This document shows, piece after piece, positions 18,576 through 27,405 of a stretch of DNA of 64,000 nucleotides; positions within the stretch are counted from its first letter, which is position 1; the number at the start of each line of letters is the position of its first letter. A program made the translations under genes and the position numbers. Below the pieces are notes generated by a model. That model was not told the origin of the DNA. It worked only from the letters and a program-made list of their open reading frames with translations, and ran no database searches. Location of the stretch: contig CAZIDX010000001.1 in the NCBI GenBank assembly GCA_964538435.1, positions 203,304-267,303 of the forward strand, in the 5' to 3' direction. The stretch comes from an uncultured Gammaproteobacteria bacterium (GTDB lineage: Bacteria; Patescibacteriota; Patescibacteriia; UBA9934; GWF2-40-263).

Positions 18576-18594
18576 ACAGCAATTAAGTAACACA

Positions 18595-18698
18595 AAAAAC
18601 TCACCATGGTGAGTTTTTGTATATATCCGCTTTTGCTAATTTTAGAGAAAAGTTCAGCTTATCCACAACAACATTTATTCACCATGGTGAAGAAATGT
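18595..18698. repeat. pair of TCACCATGGTGA-centred palindromes flanking a DnaA-box-like 9-mer
   Basis: Cores at 18601-18612 and 18679-18690; TTATCCACA at 18659-18667. Confidence 0.8.
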
Positions 18699-18705
18699 CG
18701 TCATT

Positions 18706-19209
18706 TTAATTTGCATCAATCACTTTAAACATCTTCTTACTCACCTCATTCTCGATCTCCACCTCATCTCCCACCACCTTCCCAATCAACTCCTTCCCAA
18801 GCGGAGACAAGTACGAAATCCTTCCTCGCATTGGCTCTGCCTCCTGCTCCCCCACAATCTCATACATAAACTCTCGCCCCTCACTCTCGAGCCTCACGCG
18901 CGCTCCCAAACCAATCTTCCCGTCCTCACCAAGACCTTCATCGATTGGGATTGCGACCTTAAGTTTCTCCTCAAGAACTGTAATCCGATTAAGCATCCTT
19001 CTGAGCTTTGCCTTAGCCATCTGATACGCAGCATTCTCAGAAAAATCCCCCATCTCTCCAGTCCTCTGCACCTCTGCCCGCGCCTCAGGCATCTCTGCCT
19101 TAAGCCGATCAATCTCATCCTTCATTCTCGCGATCTTGCTCTTAGTCAAATAATTGTCTTGCTTTTTCAGCTTCTTAAGCTCCTCTCGACGTCGTTTCGG
19201 TACACGCAT
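18706..19209 (-). CDS. greA: transcription elongation factor GreA/GreB family
   Basis: GDFSENAAY, ISYLSPLGKELIGK. Confidence 0.85.
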   Translation of the reverse strand: MRVPKRRREELKKLKKQDNYLTKSKIARMKDEIDRLKAEMPEARAEVQRTGEMGDFSENAAYQMAKAKLRRMLNRITVLEEKLKVAIPIDEGLGEDGKIGLGARVRLESEGREFMYEIVGEQEAEPMRGRISYLSPLGKELIGKVVGDEVEIENEVSKKMFKVIDAN

Positions 19210-19210
19210 A

Positions 19211-19600
19211 CTAATCTTCGTCCTCTTCATCAAGTGGGTCATATGCATTGTCCCACGTTTCTCGAGGATGACTCATCTGATGCGCGTACGCCTGTTTCAC
19301 ATGCTCTTCGGCACGAATCTCATCAAGTGCTTTCCTGTGTTCCTTGTCTTCTTTTTCCTTTATCTTCATCTCTTTCCACTCAGGAAGTTCACGCAGCGCA
19401 TCCCAAACCTGATCTCGAGTATCTGCATTGTTTCTCAATCCTGCGTTTTTCAACGCCCTTGAGATCGCTGAAATATCACGTTCAAACTCCCTCACCTTAA
19501 TCCAATGCAAAGCTTCTTCCGCAGCACTAAGCACAGCCCGATCATGAGGTGTAAGCCTTTTTTCTGGCGGAACGTACCCTGGATTATCTCCTTTAGCCAT
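19211..19600 (-). CDS. hypothetical protein
   Basis: 129-aa ORF packed between neighbours with 1-nt gaps. Confidence 0.7.
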   Translation of the reverse strand: MAKGDNPGYVPPEKRLTPHDRAVLSAAEEALHWIKVREFERDISAISRALKNAGLRNNADTRDQVWDALRELPEWKEMKIKEKEDKEHRKALDEIRAEEHVKQAYAHQMSHPRETWDNAYDPLDEEDED

Positions 19601-19601
19601 A

Positions 19602-20870
19602 TCACTTTTTCCTAATTGACAACATTAAATCAGAAATATTGATCCCTGTCATACCGGTCCGAATGTGAGACCTGGTTCCCACAAGAAAATCGTGAGACTG
19701 ATTCATCTCAAGCGCCTTGGCCGCACTCAAACCTTTCTTCTCAGCCCTAAAAAGCGTCTCCTCATCCGCAAACCCACCTGCAATCGACGTATGATCGATT
19801 CCATCTGAGTTAAGCGACGCAACCAAGTGTTTCTCTTCGAGGTGATCAAGCGCCCCAATCGCCACTTCTTGATTCCTTCCACCCTTTCCTGGTCTAAGCA
19901 CAGTCACCGTTGTCTCTCCTGCGGCTATGACAGCCTCTCCGGCGTGTGTATTCTTTGCCAAGAACTCACCAACCTCCCTAGCTTCACCTTCGAGTTCATT
20001 TGTAAGAATCGTTGACGTGTAACCAAGCTTCTTTGCCTTCTCCGCCATGGCAGTAGTTGCAATCGAGTTGCTCACCAAGATCACGTTGTACACATGTCGA
20101 AACGACTTAGAATCTTTGGGAGTCTCATGAAGCCCCTTCACAGACATCTTGTACTTTCTCAAAACCTTCTTAGCATCAACAACCGTTGTCTTGTCGAGCA
20201 CGGTCGGCCCTGAAGCAATCATGGATAGATCGTCTCCTGGCACATCAGAAAACACAAGGCTCAAAACCTTTGCTGGATGAGCCATCTGAGCAAACTGCCC
20301 TCCCTTGATATCGCTTAGATGCTTGCGAACTGTATTGAGCTCGTGAATGTCAGCACCTTTTTTCATGAGCTCACGACTTACCGCCTGCATCTGATCACAC
20401 TCAAGGCTGTGAGGCATGCACAAGAGTGCACTCCCACCACCAGAAATGATCGTGATGAGCAAATCTTTCGAATCCAAACCCTTCAAAAGCCCCATGATCT
20501 CTCCAGTGGCCCTGATGTTCTTTTTACTCGGAAGCGGATGTGTTCCTGCTACCGATCGAATCCTCTTAAGCTTAACACGCTTCACATCAACCACAATCCC
20601 ATCTGTAATCCGATCTCCCAAAACCTTCTCAAGCGCCATAGCAGCCTGCCCTGATGCTTTTCCAATCCCAACCACCAATACACGATTAAATTTTTTCAAA
20701 TCGTACGTTTTCCTCCCAATTGACAAGATCCCCCTCGAAAGCTTCAATTGCCCAAGCACCGCCTTTTGCGTATCAACTGCATCAAGTCCAGCCTCCAAAA
20801 TCGCCATGGCATCGCGCCGCATCTTGGTTGTGCCAAGCATTTTCCGATTCTTAATCCATTGTTTTTTCAT
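19602..20870 (-). CDS. glycerate kinase type 2 (DUF4147/MOFRL)
   Basis: GIGKA, ISGGGSAL, IKGG, SDVPGD, IASGPT, GGRNQE, TGINISD. Confidence 0.9.
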   Translation of the reverse strand: MKKQWIKNRKMLGTTKMRRDAMAILEAGLDAVDTQKAVLGQLKLSRGILSIGRKTYDLKKFNRVLVVGIGKASGQAAMALEKVLGDRITDGIVVDVKRVKLKRIRSVAGTHPLPSKKNIRATGEIMGLLKGLDSKDLLITIISGGGSALLCMPHSLECDQMQAVSRELMKKGADIHELNTVRKHLSDIKGGQFAQMAHPAKVLSLVFSDVPGDDLSMIASGPTVLDKTTVVDAKKVLRKYKMSVKGLHETPKDSKSFRHVYNVILVSNSIATTAMAEKAKKLGYTSTILTNELEGEAREVGEFLAKNTHAGEAVIAAGETTVTVLRPGKGGRNQEVAIGALDHLEEKHLVASLNSDGIDHTSIAGGFADEETLFRAEKKGLSAAKALEMNQSHDFLVGTRSHIRTGMTGINISDLMLSIRKK

Positions 20871-20952
20871 ACACAGACATTCTATCAAACCCACCTTGCA
20901 ATGAACACTCTGGAGGAATACACTTTAATTAGAATTATTAACAAAAAAACAT

Positions 20953-21339
20953 ATGGAAACCTCAATTTTCCTAGCTCAACTCATCGGGTTTACCTACCTT
21001 GTGATGGGTATTGCCGTTTTTGTGCGAGCCAAAGACATTAACCACATGATGAAGGACTTTGAAAAAAATCCTGGAATCATGTTCTGGGCCTCAGCAATGG
21101 CACTCGTTGCTGGAATGGCAATCGTGCTTACTCACAATGTCTGGGACACAACCTGGCAAGCCATCATCAGCCTCTTTGGTTGGCTGGCCCTCCTTAAGGG
21201 AATCTTCCTTGCAGTCGCTCCAAAGCCACTCCTAAAATTCTCAGGATTCCTACAGTCAGAAAAGTACGCAAAAATCTGCGGAGTAATCATGGTGCTCGTA
21301 GCCATCTACATCCTAGGAAGCGGCCTAGCCTGGTTCTAG
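20953..21339 (+). CDS. four-TM membrane protein
   Basis: Hydrophobic; HNVW...IISLFGW..LLKG motif. Confidence 0.75.
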   Translation: METSIFLAQLIGFTYLVMGIAVFVRAKDINHMMKDFEKNPGIMFWASAMALVAGMAIVLTHNVWDTTWQAIISLFGWLALLKGIFLAVAPKPLLKFSGFLQSEKYAKICGVIMVLVAIYILGSGLAWF

Positions 21340-21342
21340 CCT

Positions 21343-21933
21343 ATGATCGAAGTTGAAAAGAAATTCCGTCTCGACCCAGATCAAGAGGCCAAGCTTATTG
21401 ATGGCGCAGAATTCATGGGTGAATACACAAACCATGACATCTATTTTGATCAAGACGATTTCCATCTGACAAAAGATTTTAACTGGCTGAGAAAACGCAA
21501 TGGAAGATTTGAACTGAAAAAGCGTGCCCACAAACTTCAACCTGCAGGATTCTCTGGTGTGTACATGTATGACGAGATAGAAGACGAAGCTCAAATCGCT
21601 GAGACTCTCGGAATTGCATACACTGGAAATCTCGAAACAGATCTCGAGACAAATGGATATCTCCCATTCTCTGAATATGTTGTAAGTCGACGAAGTTACA
21701 AACAAGGACTCTTTCGAATTGATTTCGATTCCTGTGATTTCGACTACACAGTCGTCGAAATAGAGCGCATGGTTGATTCAGACGATCAAAAACAACAAGC
21801 TCTAGATGAAATCAACGCATTTGCTAAAGAAATCGGAATCGATACCACCCCAGCCACTGGCAAACTCATCGAGTACCTCAAACGCTTTTCACCAGACCAT
21901 TACAAGATCCTGCAAGACGCAGGTGTTGTCTAA
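21343..21933 (+). CDS. CYTH domain protein
   Basis: IEVEKKF ExExK motif, DIYFD, WLRKR, EIE. Confidence 0.85.
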   Translation: MIEVEKKFRLDPDQEAKLIDGAEFMGEYTNHDIYFDQDDFHLTKDFNWLRKRNGRFELKKRAHKLQPAGFSGVYMYDEIEDEAQIAETLGIAYTGNLETDLETNGYLPFSEYVVSRRSYKQGLFRIDFDSCDFDYTVVEIERMVDSDDQKQQALDEINAFAKEIGIDTTPATGKLIEYLKRFSPDHYKILQDAGVV

Positions 21934-21937
21934 ACGT

Positions 21938-22582
21938 ATGAAACACGTATCACTTTTTCTCTTTGTTCTTTTGTTTACCGGAGCTGGATGTGTTCCAGCA
22001 ATCACCGACTCTCTCACGGACACAACCGACGCTGACGTAGATCTAGATAGCATGCCAGAATACAACGACTGCGTAACCACAACAGCACACGACAGCTGCA
22101 TTGACTCAGATGGAAACGACGAAGCCCTCATTGGAACCTGGCAGCTTGAATCCATCACTATCTCTGGAGCTGTCATGAGCTTCTCAGGCCACACCCTTGA
22201 AATCGATTGGGGCTCATTTAACACAGACTACTCAACCGAACAATACACAAGCCCAACCGTTCCAGAAGAATCTTGTTTCTTTGACGGATCCACACGAGGA
22301 TATCATTACGCTTCATCAGAAGTCGATACATCAGACCCACCAATCACCACCAACTATCTAGACATTGCAAAAACAGAAGGCAGTGTCACATCAACATGCG
22401 AAGCCGCAGAAACAACGGTCACTCAAGTCACAAACATGTCGCTTGGAACAGGAGCAGCAAACCCAACCGCCATGATCGAAGGAGCTGTGCTCTACACCTA
22501 CACCATGCCAGACGATTGGAGCACGCTTATCATGACCGCATCGCATGTGCCTGTAACATACACCTACACACGAACTCAGTAG
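21938..22582 (+). CDS. hypothetical lipoprotein
   Basis: LFTGAGC lipobox; LIGTWQL lipocalin-like motif. Confidence 0.7.
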   Translation: MKHVSLFLFVLLFTGAGCVPAITDSLTDTTDADVDLDSMPEYNDCVTTTAHDSCIDSDGNDEALIGTWQLESITISGAVMSFSGHTLEIDWGSFNTDYSTEQYTSPTVPEESCFFDGSTRGYHYASSEVDTSDPPITTNYLDIAKTEGSVTSTCEAAETTVTQVTNMSLGTGAANPTAMIEGAVLYTYTMPDDWSTLIMTASHVPVTYTYTRTQ

Positions 22583-22583
22583 C

Positions 22584-23465
22584 ATGACCCCAGCAGCAAA
22601 ACTTCTGCGTTGGTACAAAACACACGGCCGAGACTTGCCATGGAGAAAGACCCGTGATCCTTATCGTATCCTTGTTAGCGAGATCATGCTCCAGCAAACT
22701 CAAGTAAACCGAGTGATCATCTACTACAAAGAATGGCTCAAGCGTTTTCCAAACTGGAAGTGGCTTGCCAAAGCATCAAATGCAGATGTTATTCATGCAT
22801 GGGCAGGGCTCGGCTACAATCGCCGAGCTCTTGCACTGCGCGACATCGCCATCCACATCAAGAAATACGGCACCCCGCTCACAGAAGAAGCCTGGATGAG
22901 CATTAAGGGAATCGGTCCATACACTGCCGCAGCAATCAGCGCCTTTGCACAACAAAAACGCACACTCCCCATCGACACCAACATCAGACGCGTAATCGGC
23001 CGCCTGTTGCTTGGACGCCCTTTTCCTGGACTTCGGGACGATTTTCGCATAAAAGCCGTTTCAGACGCATTTCTACCCCGCAGAGGGGCTTATTATGATG
23101 TCCCACAGGCCATCTTTGACCTCTCAACCTCAATCTGCAAAAAACAACCACTCTGCAACGCATGCCCGCTAAAAAATGACTGCAAGTCAGCAAAGGCATT
23201 CCTTTCTGGCAAAATAAAACCTGAGCGTCTTACAAAGAAACAAAACGAGCGTAAACATACAGGCAAGCGCTACCCAGACCGCATCTACAGAGGCAGAATT
23301 CTCAAACTCCTCCGCGAACAGAACTCTGTGCAGATCAACAAAATCGGTCCGCACATTGACCCAACATTTGATATAATCAAAGACGAAACATGGCTTCTGT
23401 CCATGATCAACCGCTTAATAACAGATGGTTTAATTGCCAAACATGGAAACATATTAACGTTATAA
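22584..23465 (+). CDS. mutY: A/G-specific adenine glycosylase
   Basis: RDLPWR, VSEIMLQQT, WAGLGY, GIGPYTA HhH, 4Fe-4S Cys motif. Confidence 0.9.
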   Translation: MTPAAKLLRWYKTHGRDLPWRKTRDPYRILVSEIMLQQTQVNRVIIYYKEWLKRFPNWKWLAKASNADVIHAWAGLGYNRRALALRDIAIHIKKYGTPLTEEAWMSIKGIGPYTAAAISAFAQQKRTLPIDTNIRRVIGRLLLGRPFPGLRDDFRIKAVSDAFLPRRGAYYDVPQAIFDLSTSICKKQPLCNACPLKNDCKSAKAFLSGKIKPERLTKKQNERKHTGKRYPDRIYRGRILKLLREQNSVQINKIGPHIDPTFDIIKDETWLLSMINRLITDGLIAKHGNILTL

Positions 23466-23467
23466 CT

Positions 23468-23896
23468 ATGAATCAACCGAAACGACTTCAGTGGGAAGAT
23501 TCCTACAGTGTTAAAGTCGAAGAAATCGACAACCAACACAAAAAAATCATCACACTCATCAACCAGCTCTACGACGCAATGCTTGCAAATGAGATGGAAA
23601 CAACTGTTCACGACATCCTTGCTGAAATGCAAACATACGCTGACACACACTTTTCTACAGAGGAAAAATACTTTGACGAGTTCAACTACGAAGACACTGA
23701 AGCCCACACAAAAACACATGAGGCCTATCGAGAAAAAGTCCTCACCTTCATGCACATACTCGAAGAAACACCAGCAGACGGCATGACCGCATTCATGCTC
23801 AGTCTACTCTCGTTCCTTGAAGACTGGTGGATCGGCCACATCCTGCATAGCGATCAAGAATACGTTGAATGCTTTGTAAAAAACGGGCTATCATGA
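23468..23896 (+). CDS. bacteriohemerythrin
   Basis: W..YSV...IDNQHK, HFSTEE, H...H, W..GHIL.SD. Confidence 0.9.
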   Translation: MNQPKRLQWEDSYSVKVEEIDNQHKKIITLINQLYDAMLANEMETTVHDILAEMQTYADTHFSTEEKYFDEFNYEDTEAHTKTHEAYREKVLTFMHILEETPADGMTAFMLSLLSFLEDWWIGHILHSDQEYVECFVKNGLS

Positions 23897-24144
23897 CCGA
23901 GTTTAAAAAGCGCGTTTACGAAATCGTCCGCGCAATCCCAAAAGGTCGAACCTTGACCTACAAAGAAGTTGCAAAAGCTGCTGGACGCCCGCAAGCCTAC
24001 CGTGCTGTTGGAAATATTTTAAACAAGAACTACGACCCTGCGATTCCATGTCACAGGGTCGTTCGTTCTGATGGAACAGCTGGTGGCTACAATCGAGGGG
24101 AGGCCCAAAAACAAGACCGCCTTCACGAGGAAGGGGCCTTGTAG
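23893..24144 (+). CDS. MGMT family methylated-DNA-protein-cysteine methyltransferase (DNA-binding domain only)
   Basis: IPKG..LTY..VA, RAVGN, IPCHRVV. Confidence 0.88.
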   Translation: MTEFKKRVYEIVRAIPKGRTLTYKEVAKAAGRPQAYRAVGNILNKNYDPAIPCHRVVRSDGTAGGYNRGEAQKQDRLHEEGAL

Positions 24145-24149
24145 GTGAG

Positions 24150-24357
24150 GACTCCGTTGCGCTAACTTGGCTAAGGGAAGTCGGACATCCCGCTGCGCGG
24201 GACGCATTTCAGAAACGTTCGGTTCAGCAATTACCAATCCGTCGCCTCCGATGAGCTTGGCCCATAAGGACTTGCCGCGTAGCTCTCATGCTACAGACAC
24301 GTCTGAAGCAGTTCTAAGCTATAAGCCATTTGTTTGCCCAAATTAGCACTGGGAGTC
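24150..24357 (-). ncRNA. structured ncRNA, candidate 6S RNA
   Basis: GACTCC/GGAGTC and GTGCTAATTTGG/CCAAGTTAGCGC closing stem; promoter places +1 at the stem start. Confidence 0.6.
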
Positions 24358-24363
24358 ATTAAT

Positions 24364-24392
24364 AGTTTAGCAACCCCAATCTCGAAACGCAA
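24364..24392 (-). promoter_or_regulatory. sigma70 promoter of the ncRNA
   Basis: TTGCGT-17 nt-TAAACT with extended TG. Confidence 0.65.
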
Positions 24393-24471
24393 GGCAAACA
24401 AAAAACCCCACCTTTTGGTGAGGTCAACAGCCGAATCAAGGCTTGCTTGTCCCGCCAACGGCGGTGTTTTT

Positions 24472-24930
24472 TTATCGAACTAAAATGACACCCTGAGGAG
24501 AAATCGGCACAAACTTCACAACCTGCTCTTGAGCAGCTTCAGCAAAGTCTGCAAGCGCAACTAGAGGAGCATCTGGATCACTCATGAAATCTGACGCAGG
24601 CACTGTCCCAACATCCACACTTGCAACCTCAGGAGCTGGAATGGCTTCTAAAACAATGTTCGCACCAGCACTGCTTGGCTGCGACTCGATTTGCTGAGTC
24701 GGAGCCAGTGTTGTTGCCATAAAGACAAAGACTCCCACCATAACCGTCCCTGCAACAAGCGGAGCTGAGTACGTAAACACAAAATCCCAACGAGACTTTT
24801 GCCTAGACGACTCAAAATGTTTAGAGCGAAGCAATGCCCGACGGAGCTCATAGCGATGCACAGTATCCTCATGCATCTCTTCACCCATACGCTCAAGCAA
24901 TTCTTCAATTTGAACCTTTTTATGTGTCAT
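24472..24930 (-). CDS. putative anti-sigma factor (single TM)
   Basis: Directly downstream of ECF sigma; helical N-terminus then one TM. Confidence 0.6.
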   Translation of the reverse strand: MTHKKVQIEELLERMGEEMHEDTVHRYELRRALLRSKHFESSRQKSRWDFVFTYSAPLVAGTVMVGVFVFMATTLAPTQQIESQPSSAGANIVLEAIPAPEVASVDVGTVPASDFMSDPDAPLVALADFAEAAQEQVVKFVPISPQGVILVR

Positions 24931-24937
24931 ATGTAAG

Positions 24938-25561
24938 TTAAGTGGCGGATGTTTGTCTGATTACCTTCTTTCCTTCAACAACTTCTTTTTTTGCTTCCTC
25001 ATCTTCCAACATGAGTACCTGCAGCTTCTTGATCGATCTATGAATATGAGACTTTACTGTCCCTTCCTTCATTTTCATCACATTTGCAATTTCTGGAACC
25101 GACATGTGTGAGAAGTACCTGAGCGTAAGAATATTTTGCTGTTTTTGATTGAGCTGCTTCATCACCCTGGCAAGCAAGGACACCTGCTCCTGAAGCTCAT
25201 CCGCATCCTCCCCCATTCGAAACGCGATATCAGGCCTGAACTCTTCCCTTCCAACAATCTCTGGCGCCTCATCTGTTGTGACCTCAAAAATCTTTGATCT
25301 TTTCCTGTAGTAATCACCCACCCTTGCCACAGCAATGGCGAACAACCACGATTTAAACTTCTTGCCTTTCTGGGGCTTGTACTTGTTCAAATTTTTCAAA
25401 GCCTGAAAGAACGTCTCGCTTGTTAAGTCCTTTGCAACCTCTGCATTGCCCGTGCGGTTGTACATATAACCAAAGACTGGTTGGTAGTACTCATCGTACA
25501 GCCGACCAAACGCCTCTGGATCATTTTGAGCATGGGCAATCACCTCCTGTTCATTTTCCAT
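24938..25561 (-). CDS. ECF sigma-70 factor
   Basis: EAFGRLYD, AKDLTSETF, FKSWLFAIA, EIANVMKMKEGTVKSHIHR. Confidence 0.92.
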   Translation of the reverse strand: MENEQEVIAHAQNDPEAFGRLYDEYYQPVFGYMYNRTGNAEVAKDLTSETFFQALKNLNKYKPQKGKKFKSWLFAIAVARVGDYYRKRSKIFEVTTDEAPEIVGREEFRPDIAFRMGEDADELQEQVSLLARVMKQLNQKQQNILTLRYFSHMSVPEIANVMKMKEGTVKSHIHRSIKKLQVLMLEDEEAKKEVVEGKKVIRQTSAT

Positions 25562-25703
25562 ACCCGCACGGGTTGGTTATTAGTTGTTAATACGGGGTAA
25601 GCCGTCTAGTACGAGGGGTATCAGACCCGCGGTTCTCGGGGGAAATACCGCGAGCCTGTCCTCCAATTGCACTCGAACATGCGTTCGACCTTGCACTAAC
25701 TAT

Positions 25704-25729
25704 ATCGCAAGTATAGCAAAAAGGTTGCA
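25704..25729 (-). promoter_or_regulatory. putative ECF autoregulatory promoter
   Basis: TGCAAC-16 nt-CGAT, resembling SigW-type TGAAAC-N16-CGTA. Confidence 0.5.
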
Positions 25730-25822
25730 CTCTTAATCAATACTTGACAAAAAAACCCATTTTCGATAGTTTTCTCTCTCCCGCACTAAAGAAAGAGGAC
25801 CCTCTTTAGCGCATGGAGAGAG

Positions 25823-27346
25823 GTGACAATGTCACTCCAAACCGACGTCATCCCCGAGCCCAACCAAGAGCTTTTGATGCAGCTCGGCTCGCAAATGGCG
25901 AAAGTTCAAGGCTACCGTCTCCTGGACGGATTCCCCAGACCCCACCTGATGCTCGAAGCAGACGAAGAAGCTGATCCAGGAGATAGATGGTCTGAGCGAC
26001 CCTCGCTCATGGACAAGGACTCCGAACTGATCGTGTGCGTACTCCCGCACTCCATGTGCAACCCCCGCGTTGAAGCCTGCGGCTTCTGCACATTCCCTCA
26101 CGAAAAGCTCGTCATGAGCCAACTTCGCGCCACAGTTCCCATTGTGGCAGAAGAGATCCGACGTCGAGTCGAACTGATGGGAATCAAAGGTCACGAGGTG
26201 CACGCACTCTACTTCGGTGGGAGTACTGCCAACCTGACCCCACCGGATTTGTTCAGCCATCTGGTCACCACCCTGGAAGACAACTTCGAGCTTCGACGCT
26301 CAGAAGTCTCACTTGAGGGTGTTCCTGTGTACTTCATTGGTCGTCGCGGGCTCGAGGTTCTCGACCGGCTGATGGCTACTGAGTTCGCGCACAGACGTAT
26401 CTCCATGGGAATCCAGACCTTCAACGCAGCAGAGATCGAAGAGATGGGTCGCTCCCACTTCGGAGATGAAAGCACCGTACGAAAAGCAGTTTATGAGGCT
26501 CATCAGCGCGGGATGACCGTATCCGGCGACATCATCATCAACCGCCCGGGCCAAACCCAGGATCAGATGCTCAACGATGTCCGCAAAGCCATCCAGATCG
26601 GTCTGGATCAGATCTGCATCTACAACCTGGTGCTCCGCTCATACCTCAAGACCCCATGGTCTCAAGACCCCGAGAAACTCGCTTCTCTCCCCGTGGGCGA
26701 AGAAGCCTTCCAGAACTGGCGGTCAGTCGTTGAAATCCTGAATCATGCTGGCTACGTCCAGACAACCCTCTCGAACTTCGAACGCAGAGACGTTCTCGAA
26801 GCCGGAAGAGGCTTCCGCTACGAAGAGGCTGGCTTCCAAACCTGGCGCTACGACGCGCTCGGGTTCGGCCCCAGGGCACTGACCATCTTCAAGGGATCAG
26901 GACGATCCATTCCTAGCCAGAAGTGGATGAATCACTACGGCGCAGAACCGTACATGAACAACCAGCTTCGTGCCACTGAGAACCAGATCCCCTACGACAA
27001 GCACCACGCGTACGAATCGCGCGAGGACCTGCTGCTGCACCACATGACCCGTTCGCTTGCACTCCTGCAAGTCGACCGACACCTCATGATGAGCCTCACT
27101 GGTCGCGATCCTGTGCGTGTCTACCGCCAAAAGATGGAGGTGCTCGAGCACGCTGGCCTGGTGAAGATCACAGACGAAGAGATCAGGCTCACGCATCGCG
27201 GAGCTTTCTTCTCAGACTCAATCATCGCCCTTCTCACCATGCGCCGAGAGCGCACGCTCAAGGCAGACAACGCAGACGCGCGACACAGGCGGAAGTACGG
27301 GTGGGCCTTCAGCTCCGACTACTCCTACGGAGGCGGCGGAATGTAG
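25823..27346 (+). CDS. HemN/HemW-like radical SAM protein
   Basis: PHSMCNPRVEACGFC, LYFGGST, RISMGIQTF, LGFGP, LTHRG..FSD. Confidence 0.85.
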   Translation: MTMSLQTDVIPEPNQELLMQLGSQMAKVQGYRLLDGFPRPHLMLEADEEADPGDRWSERPSLMDKDSELIVCVLPHSMCNPRVEACGFCTFPHEKLVMSQLRATVPIVAEEIRRRVELMGIKGHEVHALYFGGSTANLTPPDLFSHLVTTLEDNFELRRSEVSLEGVPVYFIGRRGLEVLDRLMATEFAHRRISMGIQTFNAAEIEEMGRSHFGDESTVRKAVYEAHQRGMTVSGDIIINRPGQTQDQMLNDVRKAIQIGLDQICIYNLVLRSYLKTPWSQDPEKLASLPVGEEAFQNWRSVVEILNHAGYVQTTLSNFERRDVLEAGRGFRYEEAGFQTWRYDALGFGPRALTIFKGSGRSIPSQKWMNHYGAEPYMNNQLRATENQIPYDKHHAYESREDLLLHHMTRSLALLQVDRHLMMSLTGRDPVRVYRQKMEVLEHAGLVKITDEEIRLTHRGAFFSDSIIALLTMRRERTLKADNADARHRRKYGWAFSSDYSYGGGGM

Positions 27347-27360
27347 CCGCAACCAAAACA

Positions 27361-27391
27361 CCCCACACTGAAACGCAGTGCGGGGTTTTCT
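27361..27391 (+). terminator. intrinsic terminator
   Basis: CCCCACACTG...CAGTGCGGGG-TTTTCT. Confidence 0.7.
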
Positions 27392-27405
27392 AATACTCAA
27401 TAACC

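Noticed and set aside
18659-18667. Replication origin from TTATCCACA
   Set aside because: Single box, no dnaA/dnaN nearby and no visible switch in strand skew
24150-24357. RNase P RNA or tmRNA
   Set aside because: Lacks GAGGAAAGUCC with a 3' P4 partner in the right order, and lacks a tRNA-like T arm/CCA end and tag frame
25674-25687. Gram-positive-type LexA box CGAAC-N4-GTTCG
   Set aside because: The match is real, but no lexA here and no copies seen upstream of mutY, recJ or ligA; equally explained as an RNA hairpin in the leader
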